Positions 18,904 to 28,070 of a stretch of DNA of 64,000 bases are shown one piece after another (the stretch's first letter is position 1; every line of letters begins with the position of its first letter). A program made the position numbers and the translations under genes. The stretch is from an uncultured Desulfobacterales bacterium. GTDB lineage: Bacteria; Desulfobacterota; DSM-4660; Desulfatiglandales; HGW-15. Under the pieces are notes generated by a model. The model searched no databases, had not been told where the DNA came from, and saw only the letters and a list, made by a program, of their open reading frames with translations. Location: positions 726 through 64,725 of the forward strand of contig CAYUBQ010000017.1 of assembly GCA_964443135.1 (NCBI GenBank). The letters run 5' to 3'.

Positions 18904-19057
18904 GCCCTCGATTCCGAGACCGCCTCCGCTGCAGGGACGGCCTGATCACCCCAACGCTTCCGCTCGAAGACAGGATCGAAGGAAGGCCATATCCCAACCG
19001 ACCCAAGGCATCATCATTGCCTCTCGCACGGCCATCCGGCCCAGGTGAGGATCAACC

Positions 19058-19738
19058 GTGAAATCGTCGAACTGGTTCACCGTCCTCGTGGTCGTTCTGC
19101 TCGCCGCCTGCCTGCTCGCCCCCGCGGGGAGCCGGGGCTTCTCCTTCCGGGAGAGCGAGGACCGAGAAGCCGAGGAGCGCCGCCGGTCGGCGGAGCAACG
19201 CGCCGCGGAGATCGAGCGCCTGCTCGCCGTCCCCTGCGACGAGAAGCTGAAGAAACGGAAGATCGCCCTGATCATCGGGGAGCAGGTGGAGACCCAGGGC
19301 ATCGTCTACGAGCCCGGTAAGTACGGCCCCCTGTTCCGGGAGATCAGCCGCCGCCTGAGGGATCTCGGGCTGAGGACCTACACCCGGGAGCAGATCCGGG
19401 CCCAGATCGCCGCGGAGGAGGTCAAGGCCTTCCTGAACAACGACGTGGACGCGGCGGCCACCGCGGCGCAGAGGCTCGGCGCCGGCTACTTCCTGCGCGG
19501 GATGATCCGTTCCAAGGTGCGGATGAACCCCGTGGTCCGGACCGAGGAGGTGTTCGTGACCATGGCCTTCACCCTGGTGGACGCGTCGGGCCGGACCCTC
19601 TCGACCGTGACCGCCGGAGGGGACGCCTACTCGGGTCCGGACCCCATGGAGACGGCGCTTCGCATCGTTCGAAACGAGGCCGACCTGGCCGTGGCCAGGC
19701 TCTATCACGACTTCTGCCTGAACGGGCCCAAGCGGTGA
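19058..19738 (+). CDS. Secreted protein of unknown function (first gene of envelope operon)
   Basis: GTG start. Signal-like MKSSNWFTVLVVVLLAACLLAPAG. Coding-type composition. No family recognised with confidence. Confidence 0.6.
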   Translation: MKSSNWFTVLVVVLLAACLLAPAGSRGFSFRESEDREAEERRRSAEQRAAEIERLLAVPCDEKLKKRKIALIIGEQVETQGIVYEPGKYGPLFREISRRLRDLGLRTYTREQIRAQIAAEEVKAFLNNDVDAAATAAQRLGAGYFLRGMIRSKVRMNPVVRTEEVFVTMAFTLVDASGRTLSTVTAGGDAYSGPDPMETALRIVRNEADLAVARLYHDFCLNGPKR

Positions 19739-19779
19739 GGGGCTGCGCACAGGTCAGTCCGGGAGAGACGGGAAGAACC

Positions 19780-21177
19780 ATGAGCAAAGAGACCATGACC
19801 ATGGAACAAAACGCGGCAGGCCGTCGCACCCGGGCCTTTCTCGGGATCGGCGCACTCTGCCTTGCGCTGCTCCTGTCTCCCCTGCCGGGGCGCGCGCAGC
19901 CCGAGTCGATCGTGGTGTCGGCGGAGGGGCTGGCCGATCCGGAGGCCGAGACCTACCAGCGCGACAAGGGGCTCATCCTGGACGCGCTTCGCGAGGACGC
20001 GCGGCGTCAGGTGGTCGAAAAGGCCGTGGGCACGTTCGTGGAGAGCGCCACCCTGGTCGAGAACTACGAGCTGATCCACGACCGGGTGCTCACCCGATCC
20101 AAGGGCCTCATCAAGAGAATCGTCAAGGAGAGCGATCCCTGGCTGGGGGAAGACGGCTTCATGCACATGCTCCTGAAGGCCGAGGTCTACCTGACCGGTG
20201 TCCGGGAGGCGGTCGAGACCATGAGCCGGGCCGAGCGGTTGAACCTGATCCAGGAGCACGGCAACCCCCGCATCGCCGTCTCCGTGAGCGTCCGGGACGC
20301 GGAGCGGGGCACGAACGTCCCGCCCGAGCGATCGGCCATCGCGGAGAACGTCGTCAAGGAGCGCATCTCCGGCTTCGGCTACCGGGTCTGGTCGGAGCGG
20401 GAGAAAGGGCAGGGAGAAGAGGACTTCGAGATCCACGGCGAGGTCAAGTTCATGCCCCGCAGCGTGAGGCTCGAGGCCTCCGGCCTGACCCTCACCAAGT
20501 ACGTGCTCACCTCATGGACGGTCAACTGCACGGCGAGCGACACCGGGGAGGAGATCTACTTCAACACCAAGGTCCCCAAGAGCAAGGGCTGGGCGAGCGA
20601 GGACGAGGCCCTGGAGGAGATCGGACGGCTCATCGGGCGGGAGTTCTCCCGGGAGTTCTTCGAGGACCACCTCATGCGGCCGTCCCGCATCTTCCAGCTG
20701 CAGGTGGCCGGTCTTCCCGACTACGACACGGGCATGCTTCTCAAGAAGGAGCTGATCGGGCTTCGCCCCGTCCTGAACGTGGACCTGAGAGATTTCGACG
20801 CGGACGGGCAGTCGGTGTACGAGGTGGAGTTCTCGGGAAAACGGGGGAACTTCGTACGGATCGTGAACGACACCGTGGTCAAGCCCCTGAACCTGAAGCT
20901 CGAGGCCGACGTGTTCCGTCTGACGGCGGCCCGGGGGGACTCGGTGGACCTGGCCTTCCGCCCGGAAGGGGACGTGGACGAAGTCGTCAGGAAGTTCGAG
21001 GAGATGCCCCCGGCTTCGCTCGCCGACGCTCCCGCGGGACGACTGGAGAGCCTGGATCTGGCCGAGGCCTCCATGAAGAAGGTGGCCGAGATCAACCCCG
21101 ACGCGGCCCGAAAGCTCGGCGGCGGGGAACCGGATCCGCCCGCAGCGGGCGGAATGAAAGCGGTCGAGGAGTTTTGA
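19780..21177 (+). CDS. Secreted protein with LPP20/FlgT-N-like N-terminal region
   Basis: ATG at 19780 follows GGGAGAGACGGGAAG. Signal GIGALCLALLLSPLPGRAQP. The start is uncertain; a GTG at 19735 would overlap the upstream stop. Confidence 0.6.
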   Translation: MSKETMTMEQNAAGRRTRAFLGIGALCLALLLSPLPGRAQPESIVVSAEGLADPEAETYQRDKGLILDALREDARRQVVEKAVGTFVESATLVENYELIHDRVLTRSKGLIKRIVKESDPWLGEDGFMHMLLKAEVYLTGVREAVETMSRAERLNLIQEHGNPRIAVSVSVRDAERGTNVPPERSAIAENVVKERISGFGYRVWSEREKGQGEEDFEIHGEVKFMPRSVRLEASGLTLTKYVLTSWTVNCTASDTGEEIYFNTKVPKSKGWASEDEALEEIGRLIGREFSREFFEDHLMRPSRIFQLQVAGLPDYDTGMLLKKELIGLRPVLNVDLRDFDADGQSVYEVEFSGKRGNFVRIVNDTVVKPLNLKLEADVFRLTAARGDSVDLAFRPEGDVDEVVRKFEEMPPASLADAPAGRLESLDLAEASMKKVAEINPDAARKLGGGEPDPPAAGGMKAVEEF

Positions 21178-21267
21178 GCCGCCGGCCGGGGAGACCCGGC
21201 GGGCGGGTGTCATGAGGTTTTTCCCGGACCGGTGCGTCCGGACATCTTTTCCATCGAGGAGGAGTCC

Positions 21268-22038
21268 ATGAAAGGGTTTTCCGTTTCCATTGTTCTGCTG
21301 TTCGTTGTGGGCCTGCTTGCCGGATGCACCACCACCGGCGCCGGAAGCAGCCCGTCCGCCCGGGCCAACGCCCAGGCGGACGCCGCCATGTACCAGCCGG
21401 TGGAGTACCTGAACGCCGGCGTCCAGGGTCCGCCCCTGATCGTGCTTCCAGGCCAGATCAAGAGCAACAACGCCACCTTCACCCAGCGCATCACCGCCAA
21501 CAACATCGCGGACTACGGCGAGCTCGAGCTCTCCCAGGCCAACTTCCGGGTCCTGGAGCGGACCGACCTGGGTCCCCTGCTGGACGAGGTGACCCTGGCC
21601 GCGAACATGGGGGACCCCCAGGCCCTCGAGAAGTTCAAGCGGGGCAAGTTCAAGTCCACCAAGTGGTTCGTCAAGTTCGACATCCTCAAGGCCGAGCCCG
21701 TGGCCGAGGCCCAGCGGGGCTTCGACGGCCGCGCCGCCGGCGCCATCCTGGGTACGGTGATCGGCGGCCGGAGCGGTGCGGTGACCAGAACCGGGGTCGG
21801 CTCGGTCAGCGCGGGCGAGGCCGCGGGGGTCTGGATCGTGGGGCTCCGGTACAAGGTCCTGGACGCCTCCACCACCGAGCAGATGGCCACCGGGTACTTC
21901 GAGCAGAAGATGGAGATGGGTTCCAGCGCGGGGTCGATCCTGGGCTTCTCCTCGGGCGAAAGCCACCAGATCACCCTCGACACCATGGTCCAGCGGCTCG
22001 TCCAGGAGGCCGTGCAGGAGATCGACCGGCAGAAGTAG
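21268..22038 (+). CDS. CsgG-like lipoprotein
   Basis: Lipobox LLAGC. GELELSQANFRVLERTDLGPLLDE and a Gly-rich GTVIGGRSGAVTRTGVG segment resemble the CsgG/curli-assembly family. Confidence 0.65.
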   Translation: MKGFSVSIVLLFVVGLLAGCTTTGAGSSPSARANAQADAAMYQPVEYLNAGVQGPPLIVLPGQIKSNNATFTQRITANNIADYGELELSQANFRVLERTDLGPLLDEVTLAANMGDPQALEKFKRGKFKSTKWFVKFDILKAEPVAEAQRGFDGRAAGAILGTVIGGRSGAVTRTGVGSVSAGEAAGVWIVGLRYKVLDASTTEQMATGYFEQKMEMGSSAGSILGFSSGESHQITLDTMVQRLVQEAVQEIDRQK

Positions 22039-22079
22039 CGCCGCTGGAGCAGGGACCCGGTCGACCGAAGAAAGGGAAC

Positions 22080-23171
22080 ATGGACTCAGGCGATTCCCGG
22101 CAACAAAGGCGCCGCCCGGTCTCGAGGGCGGCGCTTTTCACCGCACTGGCCGTGGCGCTCTTTGCGCTTTCCGGGCCTTCCGCGGCCCAGGAGGTGCCGT
22201 TCGAGCCCTATGTGGAGCCCCACCCGGACGGGCGGATCGACTGGGACCGCGGCCTCGTCTACGGCGTGGGCAAGGGGTACCTGCATTTGAACCGCGGTTC
22301 CAGGCCGAACGCCCTGCGCGCGGCCCGGGCCCTGGCCCTCCAGTCCATCCTCGAGACGGCCGCGGGCGTGCGGCTGGACGACCGGGACACCCTGGAGAGC
22401 CTGGGTGCCTCCGGCCGCGTGGAGATCCGGCTCGAGGCCCTGGTCCGCTACGAGGAGCACGAGACGGCCTGGGTGAAGGAGGGGGACCGGCCCCACGTCC
22501 GCGTGGTCTACCGGGCGCCCCTCAAGGGGGTCGAGGGGTTGACCCGCCGCCTGATCTCCCACCTCCGGGAGGCCCCCTCCGAGTGGGACCGTTTCCCCGT
22601 GCAGCAGCCGGCGCCCGCCGGCCCCGACCGCGCCGGCCCCTGGCTGGTGGTGGACGCCCGGGACCTCCCCTCCGGCGAGACCGTCCAGCCCGCGCTCTTT
22701 CCCCGCCTCCTCACGCCGGAAGGCGACACCCTCTACGACCTGGAATCGGTCCGCGAGGCGGCTCTGGTGGAACGCGGCATGGCCCGGTACGTCACGCTCA
22801 GCCGCGCCCACGACGAGCTTCTGGCCACGGGGGCCCGGTTCCTGGCCCGCCTGCGCAGCCTCCTCTCGGTGCGGGGGGCCTGGGCCCAGGACGGCCGGAA
22901 GCGGAAGAAGCGGGGCGCGTTCGTCATCACCAGCGCCAAGCAGGCGCAGGGGCTCGAGAAGACCAACCTGATCATCAGCGAGGAGGATGCCGGGAAGATC
23001 CGCGCCGAGGACGCCTCGAGCGACATCCTCCGGGAGTGCCGCGTCATCGTGATCGTCTCCGGCACGGTCGGAGGCATCGAAGGAAAGCTGAGGTCGATCC
23101 CGGCCTGGACGACGGCCGCGAACGAGAAGGGGGTCGACGGGAGCATCGCGAGCGCGTGGCCGGGACGTTGA
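22080..23171 (+). CDS. Secreted LPP20-like protein
   Basis: ATG at 22080 after GAAAGGGAA. Signal ALAVALFALSGPSAAQE. ALRAARALALQSILETAAGV pattern. Confidence 0.6.
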   Translation: MDSGDSRQQRRRPVSRAALFTALAVALFALSGPSAAQEVPFEPYVEPHPDGRIDWDRGLVYGVGKGYLHLNRGSRPNALRAARALALQSILETAAGVRLDDRDTLESLGASGRVEIRLEALVRYEEHETAWVKEGDRPHVRVVYRAPLKGVEGLTRRLISHLREAPSEWDRFPVQQPAPAGPDRAGPWLVVDARDLPSGETVQPALFPRLLTPEGDTLYDLESVREAALVERGMARYVTLSRAHDELLATGARFLARLRSLLSVRGAWAQDGRKRKKRGAFVITSAKQAQGLEKTNLIISEEDAGKIRAEDASSDILRECRVIVIVSGTVGGIEGKLRSIPAWTTAANEKGVDGSIASAWPGR

Positions 23172-25288
23172 AACCCCGTCAGCCGCAGAGCCGTCTCGTC
23201 CGAAACCATCTCCTCCTGTCCATCTTTCTCACCCTCCTGATCACGGCCGCAGCCGCGGCACTCTACCGCTCCAACGGTTTTCGCAGCGCCGACCAGGCCC
23301 TCTACGACGCCCACTTCCGATGGCGCGGTCCGGGAAAGGTCACCGGAAAGACGGTCCTGGTCCTCATGGACCAGGAGAGCGCGGAGCGGCTGGGACGAAA
23401 AAAGGGCTCCTGGAGCCGGTCCCACATGGCCCGCGCCCTGGAGAACCTCCGCAACGCCGGGGCCGGCGTGATCGGCCTGGACCTGGTGTTCTTCGCGCCC
23501 GGCGACGACCCGGGGACGGACCGGGCCCTCGCCGCCGCCATGGAGCGCTGCTCCAACGTGGTCCTGGCCTGGTACGTGGCCGTGGAGGGACGAAGTGAGG
23601 TCCGGCCCCTGCCCCTGTTCCGGGAGGCCATGATCGGGGACGGGTTCGTCAACATGGTGCCCGACCCGGACGGCGTGCTCCGCAAGATCCCCTTTCTGAG
23701 CATCAAACCGGTGGCGGAAGGGGTGGCGGTCTTTCCCAGCTTTTCCCTGGAGATGGTCCGGGCCTACCGCAACCTGGACTTCGCCCTCGACTTCAGCCAC
23801 CAGGACCACTTTCTCCTGGGCGGCCAGGACGAGTCCCGCCTTCGCCTGCCCTTCCCGGACCTGCGCATCAACTACGCAGGAACGGAGGATGCGTTCGACC
23901 GCCTCACCTACGCGGATGTGGTGGAGGACCGGATCGAACCGGACCGGGTGCAAGGCAAGATCGTCCTGATCGGAAGCGCCCTTCCCACGGACAAGGACTT
24001 TTTCGCCACGCCCTTCTCCGGCACCTCCGGGGTGGAGGAGCGGTACGGCGAGACCTTCGGGAAGGTGCTCACCGGCGAGTTCGAGCGGAAGACGGCCGGG
24101 GTGGCCTGCCACGCCCACGCCGTCGAGACCATCCTGATGGAGAAGCAGATCCGCCGCGCCGGATCGAGCAGCGTCCTGATCCTGATCCTGCTCTCGGGTC
24201 TGCTGGGACTGGTCTTCTACCCCCAGAGGCCGGGTGCGTTCTGGGGTCTGCTGATTCTGGCGGCGGCCTCCGGCCTCGCCCTGTTCCTGGCGCACCGGGC
24301 CTTCGCGGTGGACCGCACCTGGATCGAGATCGTGCCGGCCCTCTCGGTCCTGGGGGCCCAGTACGTGGCCGGCATCTCCGTCCAGCGGGCCTACAGCCGG
24401 AAGCGGGCCCAGGTCGTCACGGGCCTCTTCGGCAAGTACGTCTCCCGGGGGGTGGTGGACGATCTCCTCCGCGGCCGCATCGACTCCAGCCTGGAAGGGC
24501 GAAGCGTCGAGGTGACGGTCCTCTTCTCCGACCTCCGCGGCTTCACCTCCATCTCGGAGAGCCTCTCCCCCCGGGAGACCGGTCTCCTCCTGAACAGCTA
24601 CTTCGACGCCATGATCCCGACGGTCTTTCACCACGGCGGCACCCTGGACAAGCTGATCGGGGACGCGGTCATGGCCTTTTTCGGGGCCCCGGCCGAGCTC
24701 CGGGATCACCCGTCCCGGGCGGCCCTGACCGCGCTGGACATGGTGCGTTCCCTGGAGGAGCTCCGAGCGCGTTCGGACGTGCCGGGCGTGGAGCGGCTGG
24801 CCATGGGGATCGGGCTCAACACGGGGCAGGTGACGGCCGGGAACCTCGGGAGCCAGAGCTTCATGGACTACACCGTGATCGGGGACACGGTGAACCTGGC
24901 CTCCCGCCTCGAGGGATTGACCAAGCCCTACCGGACCACCGTGATCGTGAGCGGAGAGACCGCGGAGCGGCTGGACGAGCGGTTCCTGCTCCGGGAGCTG
25001 GACCGGGTGCGGGTCAAGGGCAAGGACCGTCCGGTGACCGTCCATGAGCTGGTGGGGCTGGAGGAGGAGGTGGACCCGGCCCGAAAGCAGGCCGTCCGGG
25101 TCTTTGAGGAAGGCCTTTCCTTCTACCGGAAGCAGGAGTGGGGCCACGCGGAAAAGGCATTCCAGGAGGCCCTGGCCCTGGATCCCGGCGACGGGCCGGC
25201 CGCCCTTTACCAGGAGCGCGTCAGCCGTTTTCGCAACGCTCCGCCCCCCCTGGAGTGGGAGGGCGTCACCGTGTTCGACAGCAAGTGA
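23168..25288 (+). CDS. CHASE2-domain class III adenylate/guanylate cyclase with C-terminal TPR-like tail
   Basis: No in-frame ATG is available; candidate starts are TTG 23168 (overlapping the upstream TGA) or GTG 23156. N-terminal TM plus a CHASE2-like region, three TM helices, cyclase core VLFSDLRGFTSISE, KLIGDAVMAFFGAP, DYTVIGDTVNLASRL. Confidence 0.85.
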   Translation: MKPRQPQSRLVRNHLLLSIFLTLLITAAAAALYRSNGFRSADQALYDAHFRWRGPGKVTGKTVLVLMDQESAERLGRKKGSWSRSHMARALENLRNAGAGVIGLDLVFFAPGDDPGTDRALAAAMERCSNVVLAWYVAVEGRSEVRPLPLFREAMIGDGFVNMVPDPDGVLRKIPFLSIKPVAEGVAVFPSFSLEMVRAYRNLDFALDFSHQDHFLLGGQDESRLRLPFPDLRINYAGTEDAFDRLTYADVVEDRIEPDRVQGKIVLIGSALPTDKDFFATPFSGTSGVEERYGETFGKVLTGEFERKTAGVACHAHAVETILMEKQIRRAGSSSVLILILLSGLLGLVFYPQRPGAFWGLLILAAASGLALFLAHRAFAVDRTWIEIVPALSVLGAQYVAGISVQRAYSRKRAQVVTGLFGKYVSRGVVDDLLRGRIDSSLEGRSVEVTVLFSDLRGFTSISESLSPRETGLLLNSYFDAMIPTVFHHGGTLDKLIGDAVMAFFGAPAELRDHPSRAALTALDMVRSLEELRARSDVPGVERLAMGIGLNTGQVTAGNLGSQSFMDYTVIGDTVNLASRLEGLTKPYRTTVIVSGETAERLDERFLLRELDRVRVKGKDRPVTVHELVGLEEEVDPARKQAVRVFEEGLSFYRKQEWGHAEKAFQEALALDPGDGPAALYQERVSRFRNAPPPLEWEGVTVFDSK

Positions 25289-25357
25289 TGTGCGGAAAAG
25301 CCGACTCCTTCTTGGTCCTCGCGAGGTTTTCACACCCAAGTCCTCCAGGAATTTTAT

Positions 25358-25624
25358 GTGACTGTCACGGGCAAGCTTGACGTGCCCCTGGATCCGAAAA
25401 CCGCCGAAGAGGTTGTTCGAAATTTGGCCGTTTTGCCGCTTGTACAAATCGACGCCGAAATCATTCTTGCAGCGATCGGCAGGGGTCGCCTCCTGCGGTT
25501 TTCCTTTTGGGACGCGCTCATTGTGGAAGCCGCAGTTGCCGGTGGCGCCGACCGGCTGCTTTCCGAGGATCTGCAGCACGGCCAAGTCATAGATGACCTC
25601 AAAGTTGAAAATCCTTTCATATGA
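25358..25624 (+). pseudogene. Orphan N-terminally truncated PIN-domain (VapC-like) fragment
   Basis: 88-aa GTG-start ORF carrying only distal PIN motifs (SFWDALIVEAA..LLSEDLQHGQ). No antitoxin gene nearby. Locally lower G+C. Confidence 0.5.
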
Positions 25625-25666
25625 AAATGGTTATCGACTGAGAGATGGGGGACGCCCTTCAAATTT

Positions 25667-25722
25667 GATGGAGTCGTAAATAGCCTGAATCCTGTGAGCG
25701 GGTTTTTGCGAATGCGTCAATG
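25667..25722 (-). repeat. Structured interspersed element, 56-nt internally deleted mini copy
   Basis: Minus-strand reading CATTGACGCATTCGCAAAAACCCGCTCAC|AGGATTCAGGCTATTTACGACTCCATC. Both arms are retained and the central ~48 nt are absent. Confidence 0.7.
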
Positions 25723-25829
25723 ATGGGGCCAAGACGGTCCTAGGGATCTACTCGAACAAGCTGCTGAGCCGCCTGTATTTGAAAAGCTTCATGGAGCTGC
25801 AGGCCAAGGGAGAGGATGTTTTTTTGGGC

Positions 25830-25860
25830 TTGACATGGGCGTGGGGTTCTGGGATAGATA
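25830..25860 (+). promoter_or_regulatory. Sigma-70-like promoter for the ilv leader
   Basis: TTGACA at 25830-25835, then GATAGAT/TAGATA 17-19 nt downstream. Confidence 0.45.
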
Positions 25861-25892
25861 CCCCACACTCGGAACGATAGGCGCGAGAAGAG

Positions 25893-26015
25893 ATGAAAGA
25901 CATTTTGGACAGCATCATCCGCATTACCAGCGCAGCAGGGATCCTCGCATCCTTGTTGCTCGCGGTAGTTGTACGCGTACTCGGACGCGGATCCGGGGGC
26001 CTGGCGATGACCTGA
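25893..26015 (+). CDS. Candidate ilvBNC leader peptide (40 aa, 16 Ile/Leu/Val)
   Basis: MKDILDSIIRITSAAGILASLLLAVVVRVLGRGSGGLAMT. It uses A/T-ending Val/Leu codons (GTA, GTT, TTG) that look rare here, and an intrinsic terminator follows. Too short for the ORF track. Confidence 0.5.
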   Translation: MKDILDSIIRITSAAGILASLLLAVVVRVLGRGSGGLAMT

Positions 26016-26041
26016 TCGTGCTGTAGATGTTCGACGACAAG

Positions 26042-26079
26042 ATCCGCTGCCAGGCTCCTCCCGGCAGCGGATTTTTTTT
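26042..26079 (+). terminator. Intrinsic terminator (attenuator) between leader and ilvB
   Basis: ATCCGCTGCC (26042-26051) pairs with GGCAGCGGAT (26063-26072); the run of 8 T (26072-26079) begins at the last stem base. Confidence 0.65.
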
Positions 26080-26190
26080 GCAAGGCTGCCGGCCGGCAGC
26101 CACACCGAGAGAACGCTTGCACCGGGCGACCCTTCATGGGGTGGGCCGGAACCGACCCGGAACGACCGGGTGGACGAAAGGGAGAGAAAC

Positions 26191-27969
26191 ATGAAAGCGG
26201 CAAACCCATCGATCGAGCCAGTGCGGAAGACCCAGCCTCGAATCAAACCGGCTCCCGAGGGCGCGGACATCCAGGCCGGCGCCGTCGAGGTCCCGGGCGC
26301 CCGGGTTCTGTTCGAGGTCCTGCGCGAGGAGGGCGTGGAGTGCGTCTTCGGGTACCCCGGGGGGGCGGTGATCGACATCTATCACGAGCTCGCTCGGACC
26401 GACCTGCGCCACATCCTGGCGCGGCACGAGCAGGGCGCGGTTCACGCGGCCGACGGTTACGCGCGGGCGTCGGGCAAGGTGGGCGTCTGTCTGGTGACGT
26501 CGGGTCCCGGCGCCACCAACACGGTCACGGGGATCGCCACCGCCTACATGGACTCCTCTCCGCTGGTGGTGCTCACGGGGCAGGTGCCCACGAGCCTCAT
26601 CGGGAACGACGCGTTCCAGGAGGTGGACATCGTGGGAATCACCCGGCCCTGCACCAAGCACAACTACCTGGTGAAGGACGTGCGGGACCTGGCCAGGATC
26701 CTGAGGGAGGCCTTTCACATTGCCAGGTCGGGCCGCCCCGGACCGGTGCTGGTGGACCTCCCCAAGGATTTGGTCCAGGCGACGGTCGCGTACAGGCCGG
26801 GCGAGTCGGTTCGGCTCAAGTCCTACAGCCCCACCTACGATCCCAACGTGAAGCAGCTCCAGAAAGCGGTCAAGCTGATCAAGGAGGCGGAGCGTCCGCT
26901 GGTCTTCGCCGGCGGGGGCGTGATCCTCTCGCGGGCATCCGGGGAGCTCACCCGTCTGGTGCAGACCATCCACGCCCCGGTCACGACCACCCTCATGGGG
27001 CTGGGGGCGTTTCCGGCGAGGGACCCCCGCTGGCTGGGGATGATCGGCATGCACGGGACTTACCGCGCCAACATGTCCACGGCCGAGTGCGATCTCATGG
27101 TGGCCGTGGGCGTGCGGTTCGACGACCGGGTGACCGGGAGGACCGACGCCTTCGCACCCAACGCGAAGATCGTCCACATCGACATCGATCCCACCTCCAT
27201 CCGGAAGAACATCCCCGTGGCGGTGCCCATCGTCGGGGACTGCCGCAGCACCCTCGACCGGCTGCTCGGGCTGCTGGAGAAGGAGGAGTTGGGAGACCTG
27301 GAGGCGAAGCGGAGGCCCTGGCTGGAGCGCATCGAGGGGTGGAAGGCCTCGAAGCGGCTCTCCTACGACCAGAAGGAGGTGATCAAGCCCCAGTACGTGG
27401 TGGAGACGCTCCACCGGATCACCGAAGGCGATGCGGTGGTCACCACGGAGGTGGGGCAGAACCAGATGTGGGCGGCCCAGTACTATCACCTGAACGGCCC
27501 CAACTGCTTCATCACCTCGGGGGGGCTGGGGACCATGGGCTTCGGCCTGCCTGCCGCCCTGGGCGCGCAGATCGCCCGGCCGGACAAGCTGGTGGTGGAC
27601 ATCGCGGGGGACGGGAGCATCCAGATGAACATCCAGGAGATGGCCACGGCCGTGCAGTACAACCTCCCCGTCAAGGTGGTCGTCCTGAACAACGGCTATC
27701 TGGGCATGGTGCGGCAGTGGCAGGAGCTGTTCTACGACCGCTGCTACTCCTGCACCGAGATGTCCCATGCCCCGGACTTCGTGAAGCTGGCCGAGGCCTA
27801 CGGGGCCAAGGGGTTTCGCGCAACGAGGCCCGAGGAGGTGGAGGCGGTTCTCCGGGAGGGGCTGTCTGCGGAGGGGCCCGTGATCATGGAGTTCGCGGTG
27901 GAGCCCGAGGAGAGCGTCTACCCCATGGTGCCGGCCGGCGCGCCCATCACCGAGATGCTGCTGGTGTGA
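26191..27969 (+). CDS. ilvB: Acetolactate synthase large subunit
   Basis: ATG at 26191 after AAGGGAGAG. ThDP enzyme motifs GYPGGAVIDIY, TSGPGATN, GGLGTMGFGLPAALGA, DGSIQMNIQE. Confidence 0.95.
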   Translation: MKAANPSIEPVRKTQPRIKPAPEGADIQAGAVEVPGARVLFEVLREEGVECVFGYPGGAVIDIYHELARTDLRHILARHEQGAVHAADGYARASGKVGVCLVTSGPGATNTVTGIATAYMDSSPLVVLTGQVPTSLIGNDAFQEVDIVGITRPCTKHNYLVKDVRDLARILREAFHIARSGRPGPVLVDLPKDLVQATVAYRPGESVRLKSYSPTYDPNVKQLQKAVKLIKEAERPLVFAGGGVILSRASGELTRLVQTIHAPVTTTLMGLGAFPARDPRWLGMIGMHGTYRANMSTAECDLMVAVGVRFDDRVTGRTDAFAPNAKIVHIDIDPTSIRKNIPVAVPIVGDCRSTLDRLLGLLEKEELGDLEAKRRPWLERIEGWKASKRLSYDQKEVIKPQYVVETLHRITEGDAVVTTEVGQNQMWAAQYYHLNGPNCFITSGGLGTMGFGLPAALGAQIARPDKLVVDIAGDGSIQMNIQEMATAVQYNLPVKVVVLNNGYLGMVRQWQELFYDRCYSCTEMSHAPDFVKLAEAYGAKGFRATRPEEVEAVLREGLSAEGPVIMEFAVEPEESVYPMVPAGAPITEMLLV

Positions 27970-28070
27970 CCTCTCGAGCCTCGCAAAGAAGCCCAGGCGC
28001 CACGGGGGGGAAGGAAGAAGAGCGGCCGGACCCACGAGTTCGAGCATGAGGGACTGGAAGGGACGCAAGG

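Noticed and set aside
22733-25585. A 950-aa minus-strand ORF. Similar very long ORFs occur at 53..1765 (-), 2478..4058 (-), 14293..15930 (-), 30490..33585 (+) and 38443..40944 (-).
   Set aside because: These are antisense or off-frame shadows of well-supported genes in GC-rich DNA. Their translations are Arg/Gly/Pro/His-rich low-complexity sequence with no motifs.
25746-25886. A plus-strand reading ..IYSNKLLSRLYLKSFMELQAKGEDVFLGLTW.. and the 153-aa minus-strand ORF 25748..26209 between the mini repeat and ilvB.
   Set aside because: The plus-strand frame has no start codon or RBS. The minus-strand ORF is low-complexity and overlaps the promoter, leader and terminator, which explain the region better. 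The plus-strand frame may be a gene relic.
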